Shown: piece by piece, positions 13,001 to 24,237 of the stretch
Numbering within the stretch: position 1 is the stretch's first letter
Layout: every line of letters starts with the position of its first letter
Assembly: GCF_021869535.1 (NCBI RefSeq)
Contig: NW_026262668.1
Coordinates: forward strand, 107,260,001 to 107,324,000
DNA: 64,000 nucleotides
Source of the DNA: Mytilus californianus
Lineage: Eukaryota
Direction of reading: 5' to 3'
Made by a program: the position numbers and the translations under genes
The notes under the pieces: model-generated
What the model was told of the DNA's origin: nothing
The model's input: only the letters and a program-made list of their open reading frames with translations
The model's database searches: none

Positions 13001-15119
13001 TTTTATAGATTGTTAAAAATTGATTGTTTATAAAATATTTCAAGAATGTTTGTAAACAATATGTATCGCATGGTTCTATGAAACTGATAGCTGGTTTAAA
13101 ACGGCAAAAGACAAAATTGAAATAGTATGTGTACATGAAATTGATAACGAATTAGATATTGTGTTTATTGCACTAGCGTCTAGATTGTTATTCTAATAAA
13201 TAAATATATTCCAAACTACTATTTGAATCCTTAATAGTCTCTCTGGGTACCAATGCTTATGTATAGATATTTTTATATATTTATATACCTTTTGGTTTTG
13301 CCATTTGAAATTGTTACATTGCTTTGAATCAGATTTCCCGTATTATACTGTGTAGCGACATTTAGTTGCCAATAAAACTTGTAAAGTTGATTTAATATGA
13401 TTAAATACAAAGTCCACCAGAACACATGTAAAATACACAAAAGAATCATGTCACTATGTTGTTACTATTTCAGGAGATTCCTTAGGCATTGCAGATACCG
13501 TCATGGGGTTAACGATTTTAGCAGCAGGAACAAGTGTCCCCGACTGTTTGTCCAGTTTGTTTGTATCCAGAGATGGTAAGCTGAAATTAAAATCGATTTA
13601 CTAGTAGCCGTTCGTTGAATGACTGATAGTCATTTTTTTTATGACGGGGCTTGTAATATGAAAAAGCTAAAACTACTCTTGTATCAAGTTGAAATATTCC
13701 AATCAAGTCACAAAATCTGAGGGAATCGCATGAACTCCCAAAAAAAAGCGATACTGGTTAAATATACATGGTAAGCGTCTCCTGTGATGAACCCAGATTA
13801 GGTAGAACAGACAGATAATCAAAAAGATCGCTTCTTACAGGTTTTACAAAAAGTACAAGTTAAAATATTTCCACCTTTTGCATATATATCCTTGACTTAT
13901 TTGAACCTTTATAATCTGGTAATATGATCACTGGTTTCAGATTCTGTACTTACTTCCTATTCTAAATGAAACATTTAAAAATGTTATAGAAATTCATCAA
14001 AGATATCAGGCTTATAAACAGATCTCGGGCGTTTGGTGACGACACAAGTATGCCTTCTTATCTTATCAGTTTGTTGTTGACATCAAAAGGAATGATATTG
14101 ATGTCACTCCTGGTTTTTCTCCGGAAGGGGCTATTCGTTACTGTAACTGTCATAATATGACAGGTGCAAAATTTTAAATGTCAAAAGAATATTTTGAAAA
14201 TAAATCAGTTTGTTCTTATCACATGAGCGTTTCAAAATATCTATGACAAACGTGATGATTTTAACTATCCAATTTTCAACCTCCAATTTCTCAGCAATAA
14301 CAATACTCTCTGCCTCATCGTATGGCGGCGTGTACATACATGTTCACACTATACACAACACATGTCCCAACAGAGTTATGAGGAAGCACGACTGAAATCA
14401 ACACTGCACAACATTAACGGTCACAATCACGAATTGGGTGACTGATACGATATGTCTGTGTTTCAATTCACTAGAGACATATTTCCTCAGTCTTACTTCT
14501 TTAGATATCAGAATCGTCGTCTAATCTGTAATTTAACCCAATATGTTGTATTTTTGATTCAGACATTTTGACTGATTGTGGATTCGCAAGGCGTGTAGTG
14601 CGTGCATGTCAGGAGGCGCGTGCCCATTGATTTGCTCCTTTAGGAGTTCGGGATTCCCACGGTATTTGTTTGTTACCTTTATTTTTCTTTTCATTGAGTT
14701 TTGAGATCTGAGCATCGGGAAACTAATGGTGCCTTATTTTAAAAGTAGTTGCTCCTTGTCTCTTAAATTCAGTATTATGATTCTTTTTTATAGGATTTGG
14801 TGATATGGCAGTTGCAAACTCCATTGGCAGTAATGTGTTTGATATATTGGTCTGCCTTGGTCTTCCTTGGCTGATTGAGACAGCGGCAGTTAATCATGGA
14901 GACTTCGTCAAAATAAGCAGTGAAGGACTAATCTATTCATCTATTACTCTATTATCAACAGTCATATTTTTATTGCTGGCCATGTTCTTTACAAAATGGA
15001 CGTTAAGTAAACCTTTTGGGATCGTTTGTTTATCTGCATATGTAATTGTGATAACATTCTCTGTTTTATACGAACTGAACGTATTTGGTAATTTTGTTGC
15101 AGAAATTTGTCCAAGATAA
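4003..15119 (+). CDS. SLC24A: Multi-exon model (5'-partial) of a sodium/potassium/calcium exchanger, SLC24/NCKX3-4-5-like; exons 4003-4086, 4982-5085, 7279-7379, 9098-9390, 11620-11835, 13474-13575, 14794-15119
   Basis: Seven AG/GT-bounded exons with compatible phases join into one open frame. It contains the alpha-1 repeat ([16 protein letters not shown]; [17 protein letters not shown]), LRD, the alpha-2 repeat ([14 protein letters not shown]) and [25 protein letters not shown]-terminal exons were not found in the window. Confidence 0.95.
4205..4440 (-). mobile_element. Repeat family E: 3' UTR fragment of a Penelope-like element
   Basis: Same sequence at 16612-16832, 18110-18340 and 26860-27030, and continuous with the RT C-terminus at 40370-40790. 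Confidence 0.7.
4982..5085 (+). CDS. SLC24A: NCKX exon: [34 protein letters not shown]
   Basis: ccttgtag acceptor, atg|gtttgt donor, phase 1-0. Confidence 0.93.
6495..6720 (+). mobile_element. Repeat family C fragment
   Basis: aatgttctgtaccaagtcagga...gaacagcggtaaactactgttaccttt; also at 20500-20770 and inverted at 44803-45045. Confidence 0.75.
7279..7379 (+). CDS. SLC24A: NCKX exon: [34 protein letters not shown]
   Basis: ttttaag acceptor, tg|gtaagg donor, phase 0-2. Confidence 0.93.
7890..8495 (+). mobile_element. Decayed Penelope-like retroelement, RT core and thumb
   Basis: [69 protein letters not shown]; several frameshifts; lies in an NCKX intron. Confidence 0.9.
9098..9390 (+). CDS. 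SLC24A: NCKX exon: TM5 plus cytoplasmic loop ([20 protein letters not shown]...HEGHKD)
   Basis: tttacag acceptor, a|gtaaga donor, phase 2-1. Confidence 0.92.
9534..9870 (-). mobile_element. Repeat family B (Penelope-like 3' UTR), 5'-truncated
   Basis: Reverse complement of 53500-53840. Confidence 0.85.
11170..11345 (-). mobile_element. Repeat family A fragment
   Basis: gagatgtggtat...gtcaccgtac..ttcaacaat..gcaaaacccataccg; diverged copy of the family seen at 22440, 23270, 24945, 29010, 33190, 42640, 43735 and 46690. Confidence 0.65.
11620..11835 (+). CDS. SLC24A: NCKX exon: KEYESPW...[40 protein letters not shown]
   Basis: ttcttgaag acceptor, g|gtaat donor, phase 1-1. Confidence 0.92.
13474..13575 (+). 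CDS. SLC24A: NCKX exon, alpha-2 repeat: [34 protein letters not shown]
   Basis: tttcag acceptor, g|gtaag donor, phase 1-1. Confidence 0.95.
14231..14720 (+). mobile_element. Decayed Penelope-like RT C-terminus plus 3' UTR
   Basis: [37 protein letters not shown]...HNHEL; UTR motif gacattttgactga..gcatg..aggag shared with the copies at 16200 and 63040. Confidence 0.8.
14794..15119 (+). CDS. SLC24A: NCKX terminal exon: [25 protein letters not shown]...AEICPR*
   Basis: ttttatag acceptor, TAA stop at 15117-15119; AATAAA signals downstream at about 15550-15650. Confidence 0.95.
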
Positions 15120-16199
15120 TGTTGAACACCACGTTTGTTGGCACTCTTGTATAAACATGTACAGTTAATCTGAAACGATATTTTTATATGATACATGGAA
15201 AGATTATAGACTGTAATTAATTTGTTCACCTAAGTTTATTACACAAATATCAAAAGAACACGTATTACAAGTTATAAAAAGTTATTTACACAACTATATC
15301 TCCATATCTCTACGAAATATTTTATTAAATATTATTGATGAATAGACGGTAGAATTCAAATTAAACGTACAACAAATACGAAAAGATTATTGAAAAGCAA
15401 ATTCAATCTTCCTGAATATTAATATTAATATTAAACGGTGAGATGGAAGACCCTGTTATATGAAATAATCTGGGGAATGTCTCATACTGGTAGCCAAGGA
15501 GACACTACTGGAAATTCTGAATGTCACATTAATGAAAGTTCAGTTATTTCAATAAATACCCTGAATAAAGAAACATCAGACATACATTGAAATACAAGGC
15601 AAATGCCAGTAATTTACATGTCATGTTATGTCAAAAGGATGAATTAAATAAAATAATTGTATAGAAATATTACTGTTATATAGCACGAGAAATAAGTTGC
15701 ATATTTCACCGTCACAAATGAATTAAGGTACAATCTTAATCAAATCTGCAATATCCTGTAAATTAACAATTATTCATTACGTATGCTAGAACAAAAATTA
15801 AATAAGGAAATTACAGCTGATTTTGTGTGACGATAAACTAAACCATGTTTGCAAATGCTTGACGTACCGAAAGTTTCCATTTTCTTTACTTGTTACATAT
15901 TTGAATAAAATAACGAATATTTCTGTTGTCTTATGCATAACAAGAAAATGTAAGTCTTCAGGTGTCGAAATTCTTCATAAACATACTGTTTGTTTACGGC
16001 GTATTTGTACGAGGTTAAAACACAGTTGGAATGCAGTCTTATATTTGTACTTGTATTTATCTAGAAACTCGCCGTTTCACAATCTATAAAGATTTTGATA
16101 TAAAAAGTAAAATAATAAAAATACCGAACTCCAGGGAAAATTCAAAACGGAAAGTCCCTTATCAAATGGCAAAATCAAAAACTTAAACACATCAAACGA

Positions 16200-16975
16200 T
16201 TTGGTTGAAGGCCCTTTGAGTGATACACCTATAATATACAACAGAGCAATGTCTATTGGGTTGTAAATGTATACGACACCTTGTTACAGGGAGATCGTCA
16301 GTCTCCTGCTGTGCATGCATCAGATGCACACTCAGTTGAAATGTCACAATCGGGAATTGGACACAATAGGTAAAAGTACAGATCATACGACTTTATTGGT
16401 ATCTAAAGATTTAAGAAAAAATGTCGCTAGTGAGTTGAGACATTGATACATCGCATCGGTCAACCAATTTGTCATGGTAACCGTAAATTTTTGGAACTTT
16501 TGAATTTTTTCGTTCTTCCTCGTAACTATGATGGAGCAGTTTTCGTTCATGAATAAAGAGCACAGCCCTGTAAATAAAATCAGAATAGTGTGAAAATGCA
16601 CGAGAGTAAAGTATTTCCTGAGATCACTCCCATCTTTTTGGTGGTGCTCGTATTGCTCAGTCTTCAGTTTTCTATGTTGTGTCTTATATATTGTTGTATG
16701 TATTTTTGTCCTTTTTTTGTTTTTTTGCCATGGGTTGAAAAAGGACTTTCCTTTTTGAATTTTCCTTGGTGTTCGGCATTTTTGTCACTTTGTTATTACT
16801 GAGTTTGAATGTCCCTTGATATCTTTTACTTTTCATGTAAACGCCATACAATGGAGCAGAGGGTATGCTAATGTTAAGAAATTGGAAGTTGACTATTGGG
16901 AATTTGAAATCATCACGTTTGTCACGTTTTTAATAGATTCTAGTTTAAAGTCGTCCATATGTGTAAAAAAAGGAC
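16200..16975 (-). mobile_element. Decayed Penelope-like element interrupted by a nested family E insertion (16612-16832)
   Basis: The - strand reads KRDDFKFPIVNFQFLN..YGVY, then after the insertion YSRAFSHYSDFIYRAV..KLLHHSYEEER..KIYGYHDKLVDRCDVSMSQLTSDIFS*. Confidence 0.8.
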
Positions 16976-18854
16976 AATTAAAGCCGTTAAACCAGCTTGA
17001 ATTGTATGAAATTCATACGTGAAATCACGTGCGTCGAAAGGCTAGCCATTTCTAACCAGGTATATGATCATATTTGATGTAAAAATCTAATTATATTTAA
17101 TAATTTTAATTGATCGGGGCCAAAATGAATATAATAGCGTAACGTTTTTCCTGATTGATTTTTGTTATTATTTTTAATCAAGTTCATGTGATAACATTTC
17201 AATTAATAGTACTTTTTCTTCACTATGCATTGAAAAGTATCCTAGAATTTGTTATAGTTATGGTAAAATATAATTTTGAACTGTAAATTTGATGAAAATT
17301 TTTACAATTTACTATAAAATAAAAATAACAATTGGATCGCGTGTTATAGTTTAGAAATCAAAGCCATTAAAATATCTAATACTCGAATACTTGGCAAATG
17401 ATTAGCCTCGGACTGGGAACAAAGTACTTAATTAATCCTGTTTTTCACATAGCGTAATTCAACAATTCACATTTTGGTCTTTTTCTATCTTCATAATTAT
17501 TTATTATTTTGATTTTTAATTTCAATAGACTGCTTAACAGTATGTCCGAGTTGGACACAAATACTTACTGAAGACTCCGGTGCAGCCGCATAGCTTATCT
17601 ATGATTTATACTTCAAATAAGTAATGGATATACAATGCGTTTTTACTGTATTTTATTTAAAATTTTGCTCTGCTCTTTCTCAGTTGAGTTAAGTGAGACG
17701 GCGACGATGTCATAGGCCAACGTCAATGAAATTGCTTTGGAAAATAACACTTTTAATACAAATATATATCCATGGTTCTTAAAATAAAAGGGTGTTTTTC
17801 GGCTACAATTCGTCGCAGAGAGATAGTCCTAAGATGAGATAAAGTAAGGAAAATTATATATCTGAATATTCTGTTTTCAAAAAACATCATCGTTTTTTAC
17901 ATTTTTTGACGGGGAAAAAACTATTTTCAGCCGAGTAGCTTGAGATATATTATCACACCGAGAGATCAAAGCAAAAATTAAAAGAAGTAAATGCAATAAA
18001 CAGATTATGTATACTATTTTACCTCGAGGCAGTTTTTCGTCTACATCTAATCTCAAGGCTTTCGCTCTCCTATGAGATTGTAGCCGAGAAACTCTCTATC
18101 GTTCTCAGAATAATAAAAAGAAGCGAAAGATACCAACGGAACATTTAAACTCATATAAAAAAGCCATGGTGAAAAAAAAAACGAAAAAAGATAAAACGAA
18201 AAACAACTGTCTACGAAACAAATCACAGAAAACTAAAGACTGAGCAACACGAACACCACCAAAAATCAAGAGTTGATCTCAATTGCTCGAAAAAATTAGC
18301 AGATCCTGCTCCTTTTGTAACACCCGTCGTGATAATCCTATACAATACGATGATAAGCTATTTCGAGTGATTAGGCATCATGCATTAGCGGATTGGTAAT
18401 CGACACTTATCTTACCCTAAGACATCACCATATTTGTAAAACATCGGTCATTTTTCTAACCCTAAATCTTGACTGAATGTGAAATTTTGAAATTGAACAC
18501 AAACACGCTGTTTTCGTCACAAAGAATAGAGACGACTGTTATCGGTATTAACAACGACATTGAAACATTAAAAAGCACAAAGAACAACACTTAAACTGAG
18601 AGCAAGAGCAAAACATCTATAAATAGAGTGGTGGTTCAAATTAAATTATCTCGCGTTTACCCGAAAAATCTCGTCTACACACAGATGTCATTGGCCCGTT
18701 ACAAACATAACTTTTTATCGACAAATCCACACTGTTTAACCCGCTGCATTTGTTTGCACTTGTCCTACGTCAGGAACCTGAGGTTAAGTGGTTGTCGATT
18801 GTTGATGTGGTTCATTAGTGTTTCTCGTTTCTCGTTTTTTATAATAATTCATAT

Positions 18855-19830
18855 TTTGTGAAAAACCACACTGAATCTACCAGAAAATATACTGAAGATG
18901 ATATTATCAAAATGCTGGACTTTTTGATCGACAATATATTTGTTGAGTTTGGAGGATTTATATTTCAACAGACAGTCGGTATTCCAATGGGAACTAATTG
19001 TGCACCCCTACTGGCCGATTTGTTTTAGTACTCGTATGAAGCAGAATTCATTCAGAACCTTCTAAAAGACAAAAAGAAAAAGCACCTTGCGAAATTCTTT
19101 AATTTTACAATCCGATATATTGATGATGTTCTATCATTGAATAACCCATATTTCAGCCAATACTTACATCTCATATATTCCAGTGAACTTGAAATTAAGG
19201 ATACTACTGATACTAGAAGGACTGCTTCATACCTTGATCTTTTCCTCAATATTGACACAGATGGACGACTTCACACGAAAATCTATGATAAACGGGACGA
19301 TTTCAACTTCCCAATTATCAATTTCCCATTTCTCAGCAGTAACATACCCTCTGTCCCTTCGTATGGTGTTTACATATCTCAATTGATACGTTATTCTCGT
19401 GTGCTTGTTCACACTATAAGGACTTCATATACAGGAGTGTGCTCCTTACACAGAAACTGCTCCAACAAAGTTATGAGGAGGACAGATTAAAAATGACACT
19501 CCGTAAATTTTACGGACACCATCACGAATTGGTCAGTCCATACGATGTGTCTTTGTCCAAACTAACTAAGGACATTTTTACCACGTGTTAGATTGTGGTT
19601 TGTCATTACGTCGTCTGATCTTTTAATTACCGAACGTGACTTATTCCCGATTGTGACTGTTTTGCTGAGTGTGAACCGCATTGCTATAAGACGTGTCACG
19701 GTACCTTTCTATTCCAAATTCATGTATTTAATTTTGATGTTATATTTGTTATTCTCGTCGGATTTTGTCAAATGTCTTAACGTCTTTTCTGTTATATTCG
19801 TGTGTTATGGTAAAGATAATTAATCACCCC
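18855..19830 (+). mobile_element. Best-preserved Penelope-like RT fragment (Naiad/Chlamys-type C-terminus); pseudogenised
   Basis: [107 protein letters not shown]; TAG in the LFLY motif, a GT duplication frameshift near 19400, ORF ends ...DIFTTC* near 19591. Confidence 0.92.
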
Positions 19831-20129
19831 CTTCATTTATTAGATTTTAGTTTGGTTCAACGAAATTTATACGATATATTTGGTTTACAGTTTGATTCAG
19901 AAGAAACACCGACATAGCTAGATAATACAATTAATTATCTAATTACTACCACAATTTGATATTAATAAGTATTGTAATTTTCATTGTTATTAATAAATGT
20001 AATGTCAGTATTACAAATCTAATCTTGAATCAATCCTAATCCTATCTTATTTTTGGGAAATTTTTTACAAATTCAAATGTGACGTCACTTTGTGTGTTTT
20101 TTTAGAATTTAAAAGTGACGTCACTTTGT

Positions 20130-20770
20130 GCGTTGATGCTTTGGCTAACTCGGGTGTGTATTTTTATATGTTGGATTAAGTTGTTTTATGTAATGTATCC
20201 GTTTTTATTCTGTATTTAGTCCCCATTTCGGTTTTATCATGTATATCTATTATATAGTCATTTTATAAAATTTACTGTTTGCAAAATTATAAATTATTCT
20301 AAATAATAAGAATGTTCTTGTCCCAGGCAGAAAACCCTGGCCGTGTCAGGCGCAACTTTTTGGAAGTTTTGGTCCTCGGTGCTCTTCGGCTTTGTACTTG
20401 TTTTGGCTTTCAAGCTTTTTTTATCTGAGCGTCACTGGATGGTCTTGTGTGGACGAGACGCACGTCTGGCGTATTGAATTTTAAGCCTAGTACCTTTTGT
20501 TAGCTATTATTCGTGTGTTTCTTTGTCCTATATGTTCTCCCATTTATTTGTATTGTGGTCCTGTCATGTGATGTTGTCGTTTTGGTGTTGTGTTTAACGT
20601 TGCCATTAAAGCGGCAGGTTTGGCATGCCACAAAACCAGGTTCAACCCACCATTTTTTTCTTAAAATGTCCTGTACCAAGTCAAGAAAATGGCCATTGTT
20701 ATATAATAGTTCGTTTCTGTGTGTGTTACATTTTAATGTTGTTTTTTTGTTGTGTCGTTGTGCTATATCC
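20130..20770 (+). mobile_element. Composite of family D (hammerhead motif 20427-20472) continuous with family C
   Basis: gagcgtca-CUGGAUG-guc..gac-GAGA-cgcacg-UC-uggcgu (core mutated), followed without a break by the family C sequence. Confidence 0.75.
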
Positions 20771-21539
20771 AAAACGCGCTCTGTAACTTGCCATAGTACA
20801 CTTATAAACCAAAAGTCAGATCAAATGTGCTAAACGACAATAGTAGTGCATGATCGTATTCTTCGGTTTTTAAACAAATGGTACATGTACGGCGTGTTCA
20901 CAGTGTGTCAGACTCCGGTTTAACCTAAGTTTTAAAAGCAACAATAGAGGTATCGTGACTGCCGTTTTGTTTAGAAAGATTTGAACTATTGTTCCAATTC
21001 TTTCCTAAGGCACTGCCACTGGACCCAAACAGAAAGTAGACAGATTAGCTACTAAATCAGTAACTAAATCTAAACACACTGACATATAGTACCCAACTAT
21101 TCTCATGTCTGTGAACATATGAACAAATGAACTGATTAATTTGATAACATCTTAATTTAGAGTATTTTTACAAGAACAATATACATTTCTTTTTTTCAAT
21201 TATCTGGCAAATTTTGTCTTTTTTATTATGTAAGAATATTGATACAATATCAGTATGATTGACAACAGTTACTGTCATGATCAAGAAACAATTAAACATA
21301 AAGGGTGGGGCAATAATTTTAATTGTAGATATAACCCTCCTCTTCAATGCCAATCATAACTGACCAAACTACATAACTATTGAGTTTATACATAACATGG
21401 CAATCCAGACAATGCACAATGTTGACCTCATTATCATTAGATAGATGTTTGATCTATATAGGTCAGTGTTATTAGGCAGTGCCTGTCTTCATGTGTTTAA
21501 ACCAAATATTTAAATAAGTATTCCGCTGTTGTATGGGCT

Positions 21540-21860
21540 TAACAAGAAGTTGAACTGGACACTTTTGTTTAAATGGGTCAAAACAATCATGTCTCTGATA
21601 GACCGAGATTAAAAATTATTCATAAGTTCTTTAGAGTTTTTTAGAATCCACATATGGTTAATACAACTACGCGAGAAAACAGTTTCACAGTATTTCTGTA
21701 GACCCTCTTTCAATGCGGACAGAATTTTTATCAATCTAATGGACAATTTATTTGTAGAACATGCAGATGAGCCGGCAATGTACCGTTGTTTGTATAGAAT
21801 TTTGTGAAGCTTGGGTATCCAATACAAATAAGGTAAGTCCTCAGATTTGCTGTTCAAAAA
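21540..21860 (-). mobile_element. Penelope-like RT N-terminal fragment
   Basis: LPYLYWIPKLHK..YKQRYIAGSSACSTNKLS..KILSALKEGLQKYCETVFSRS.INHMWILKNSKEL. Confidence 0.9.
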
Positions 21861-22414
21861 ATACTTTCTGTATTGAATTTTCCTTTGAATACGGTATTTT
21901 TGTTATTTTACTTTGTGTACACTAGTTTGAGATATCATTTTTATATCTTGACATCGATGTATGAGATTAAGAACTTTAACAGAAAGGTATGTCTCGGAAA
22001 ACCTTTTTTTTTACAAATTTTGTCCCCAATTTCTTATTCCGCAAAATAATGTAGCTTTTAAAATGACAGGTTTATGTGACTAAGTTTTTTATTTAGGAAT
22101 GTAGCAATAATGGAACATATGGAAATAATGATTGGTGCTTTATTCATGAGATTTATATATCACGCGACCTGCCCGTTTAGTTTGATTACCTCTCTTGTTT
22201 ATAGGTTCAAAGATATGAATACTAGTAATATTGAATTTACAGATAAAATATTTTCCCTGAATCAGAATTATTGTGTCCTTGAAAATTCCCCTGTGCTGAA
22301 TATTACAAGCATGTGTCGGCCGATAAACAGGTAATATACAAGTTATTTATCTAGAAAGTTTAACATTTAACATCTATGGTGTTTTCCTATATGCGGACCT
22401 GCATGAACAATCAC

Positions 22415-24093
22415 GTTTTGTATCTGTATTTGTAATTTTGAAAATAAGAAGATGTGGTATGATTGCCAATAAGACAAATCTCCTCAAGAGACCAAATGAC
22501 ACAAAAATTAACAACTATAGGTCACTGTACGGCTTTCAACAATGAGCAAAACCCATACCGCATAGTTAGCTATAAAAGGTCCCGAAAAGACAAATGTAAA
22601 ACAATTCAAACGAGAAAACTAACGGCCCAATTTATGTACAAAATAATGAACGAACAACAAACGACAACCACTGAATTACAGGCTCCTGACTTAGGACAGG
22701 CAATGTGGCGGGGTTAATCTAGTTTGAAGGTGCCACCCCCTCCCCCAACCTGGGACGGTGGTGTAACAGTACAACATAAGAAACAAACTATTAAAATTAG
22801 TTGAAAAAGGCATGACTCATCAGATGGATACAAATAGAAATACATCTAACAACAACACAGAGTGGACATGGCAGGGTACTTATACATCCCCACAACAAAA
22901 AGACACTAAATACAATCTGAGAGTACTCGCAGTTACTGACAGCTAGTTCAAAGCCAATAACAACTAATAAAAAAAATCATGCATCAAAGACTAAAATATC
23001 AATCAGTACACATCCAACATCCAATGGATTTAGTAAAAAGACGTCATAAACAGTCAGAGAAAAACATGACCTAATGCAATGTATATTTGTATCTGAATTT
23101 GGCGCGAATTTAAGTTCTTTTATAAAGCAATAATAATACAGCTTTGCTCCTGTTTTTGAAAAAGAAAAGATCCATAATTTTCACAGTTAACAACATTCAT
23201 GTGTACACTTACAGATGGCAGGTAACGAGTAAAATTCTACTATATATGTTTTGTATCTGTATTTGTAATTTGAAAATAAGAAGATGTGGTATGATTGCCA
23301 ATAAGACAACTCTCCACAAAAGACCAAATGACACAGAAATTAACAACTATAGATCTCCGTACGGCCTTCAACAATGAGCAAAACCCATACCGCATAGTCA
23401 GCTACAAAAGGCCCCGAAATGACAAATGTAAAACAATTCAAACGAGAAAACTAACGGCCCAATTTATGTACAAAATAATGAACGAAAAACAAATATGATT
23501 CACAGAAACAAACGACAACCACTGAATTACAGGCTCCTGACTTGGGACAGGCAATGTGGCGGGGTTAATCTAGTTTGAAGGCGCCACCCCCTCCCCCAAC
23601 CTGGGACGGTGGTGTAACAGTACAACATAAGAAACAAACTATTAAAATTAGTTGAAAAAGGCATGACTCATCAGATGGATACAAATAGAAATACATCTAA
23701 CAACAACACAGAGTGGACGTGGCAGGGTACTTATACATCCCCACAACAAAAAGACACTAAATACAGATCTGAGAGTACTCGCAGTCACTGACAGCTAGTT
23801 CAAAGCCAATAACAACTAAAAAAAAATCATGCATCAAAGATTAAAATATCAATCAGTACACATCCAACATCCAATGGATTTAGTGTAAAGACGTCATAAA
23901 CAGTCAGAGAAAAACATGACCTAATGCAATGTATATTTGTATCTGAATTTGGCGCGAAGTTTAGTTCTTTTATAAAGCAATAATAATACAGTATTGCTCC
24001 TGTTTTTGAAAAAGAAAAGATCCAAAATTTTCACAGTAAACAACATTCATGTGTACACTTACAGATGGCGTAACGAGTAAAATTCTACTATAT
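22415..24093. repeat. Head-to-tail tandem duplication (units of 833 and 846 bp), each about 650 bp of family A plus about 190 bp of flank
   Basis: gttttgtatctgtatttgtaat recurs at 22415 and 23248; the two units align over their full length with small indels. Confidence 0.92.
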
Positions 24094-24115
24094 GCGGACA
24101 AATTTGTGGTTCGAT

Positions 24116-24237
24116 GTAAGTTATAGAGAAAGTCCAAATAGCTGTCCATTCCTAGGAAATAATGGTGCGGAGGCCCGTATGGCCGACGCCCATTATTTCC
24201 CAGGAAAGGACAGTTATTTGGACTTTCGCTAACTTAC
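24116..24237. repeat. About 120-bp imperfect palindrome (hairpin)
   Basis: gtaagtta..aaagtccaaatagctgtcc.ttcctaggaaataatgg / ccattatttcccaggaa.ggacagttatttggacttt..taacttac around a GC-rich loop. Confidence 0.9.

Noticed and set aside
19590-19700. SECIS element and selenocysteine recoding in the Naiad-like copies
   Set aside because: A CGUGAC/GUCACG-closed hairpin exists, but I could not fit a clean RUGA/GA quartet with an AA loop, and I saw no in-frame TGA at a conserved Cys in any RT fragment.
22463-23498. Duplicated small ORFs (MPIRQ...)
   Set aside because: Incidental frames within repeat family A, interrupted differently in each copy.
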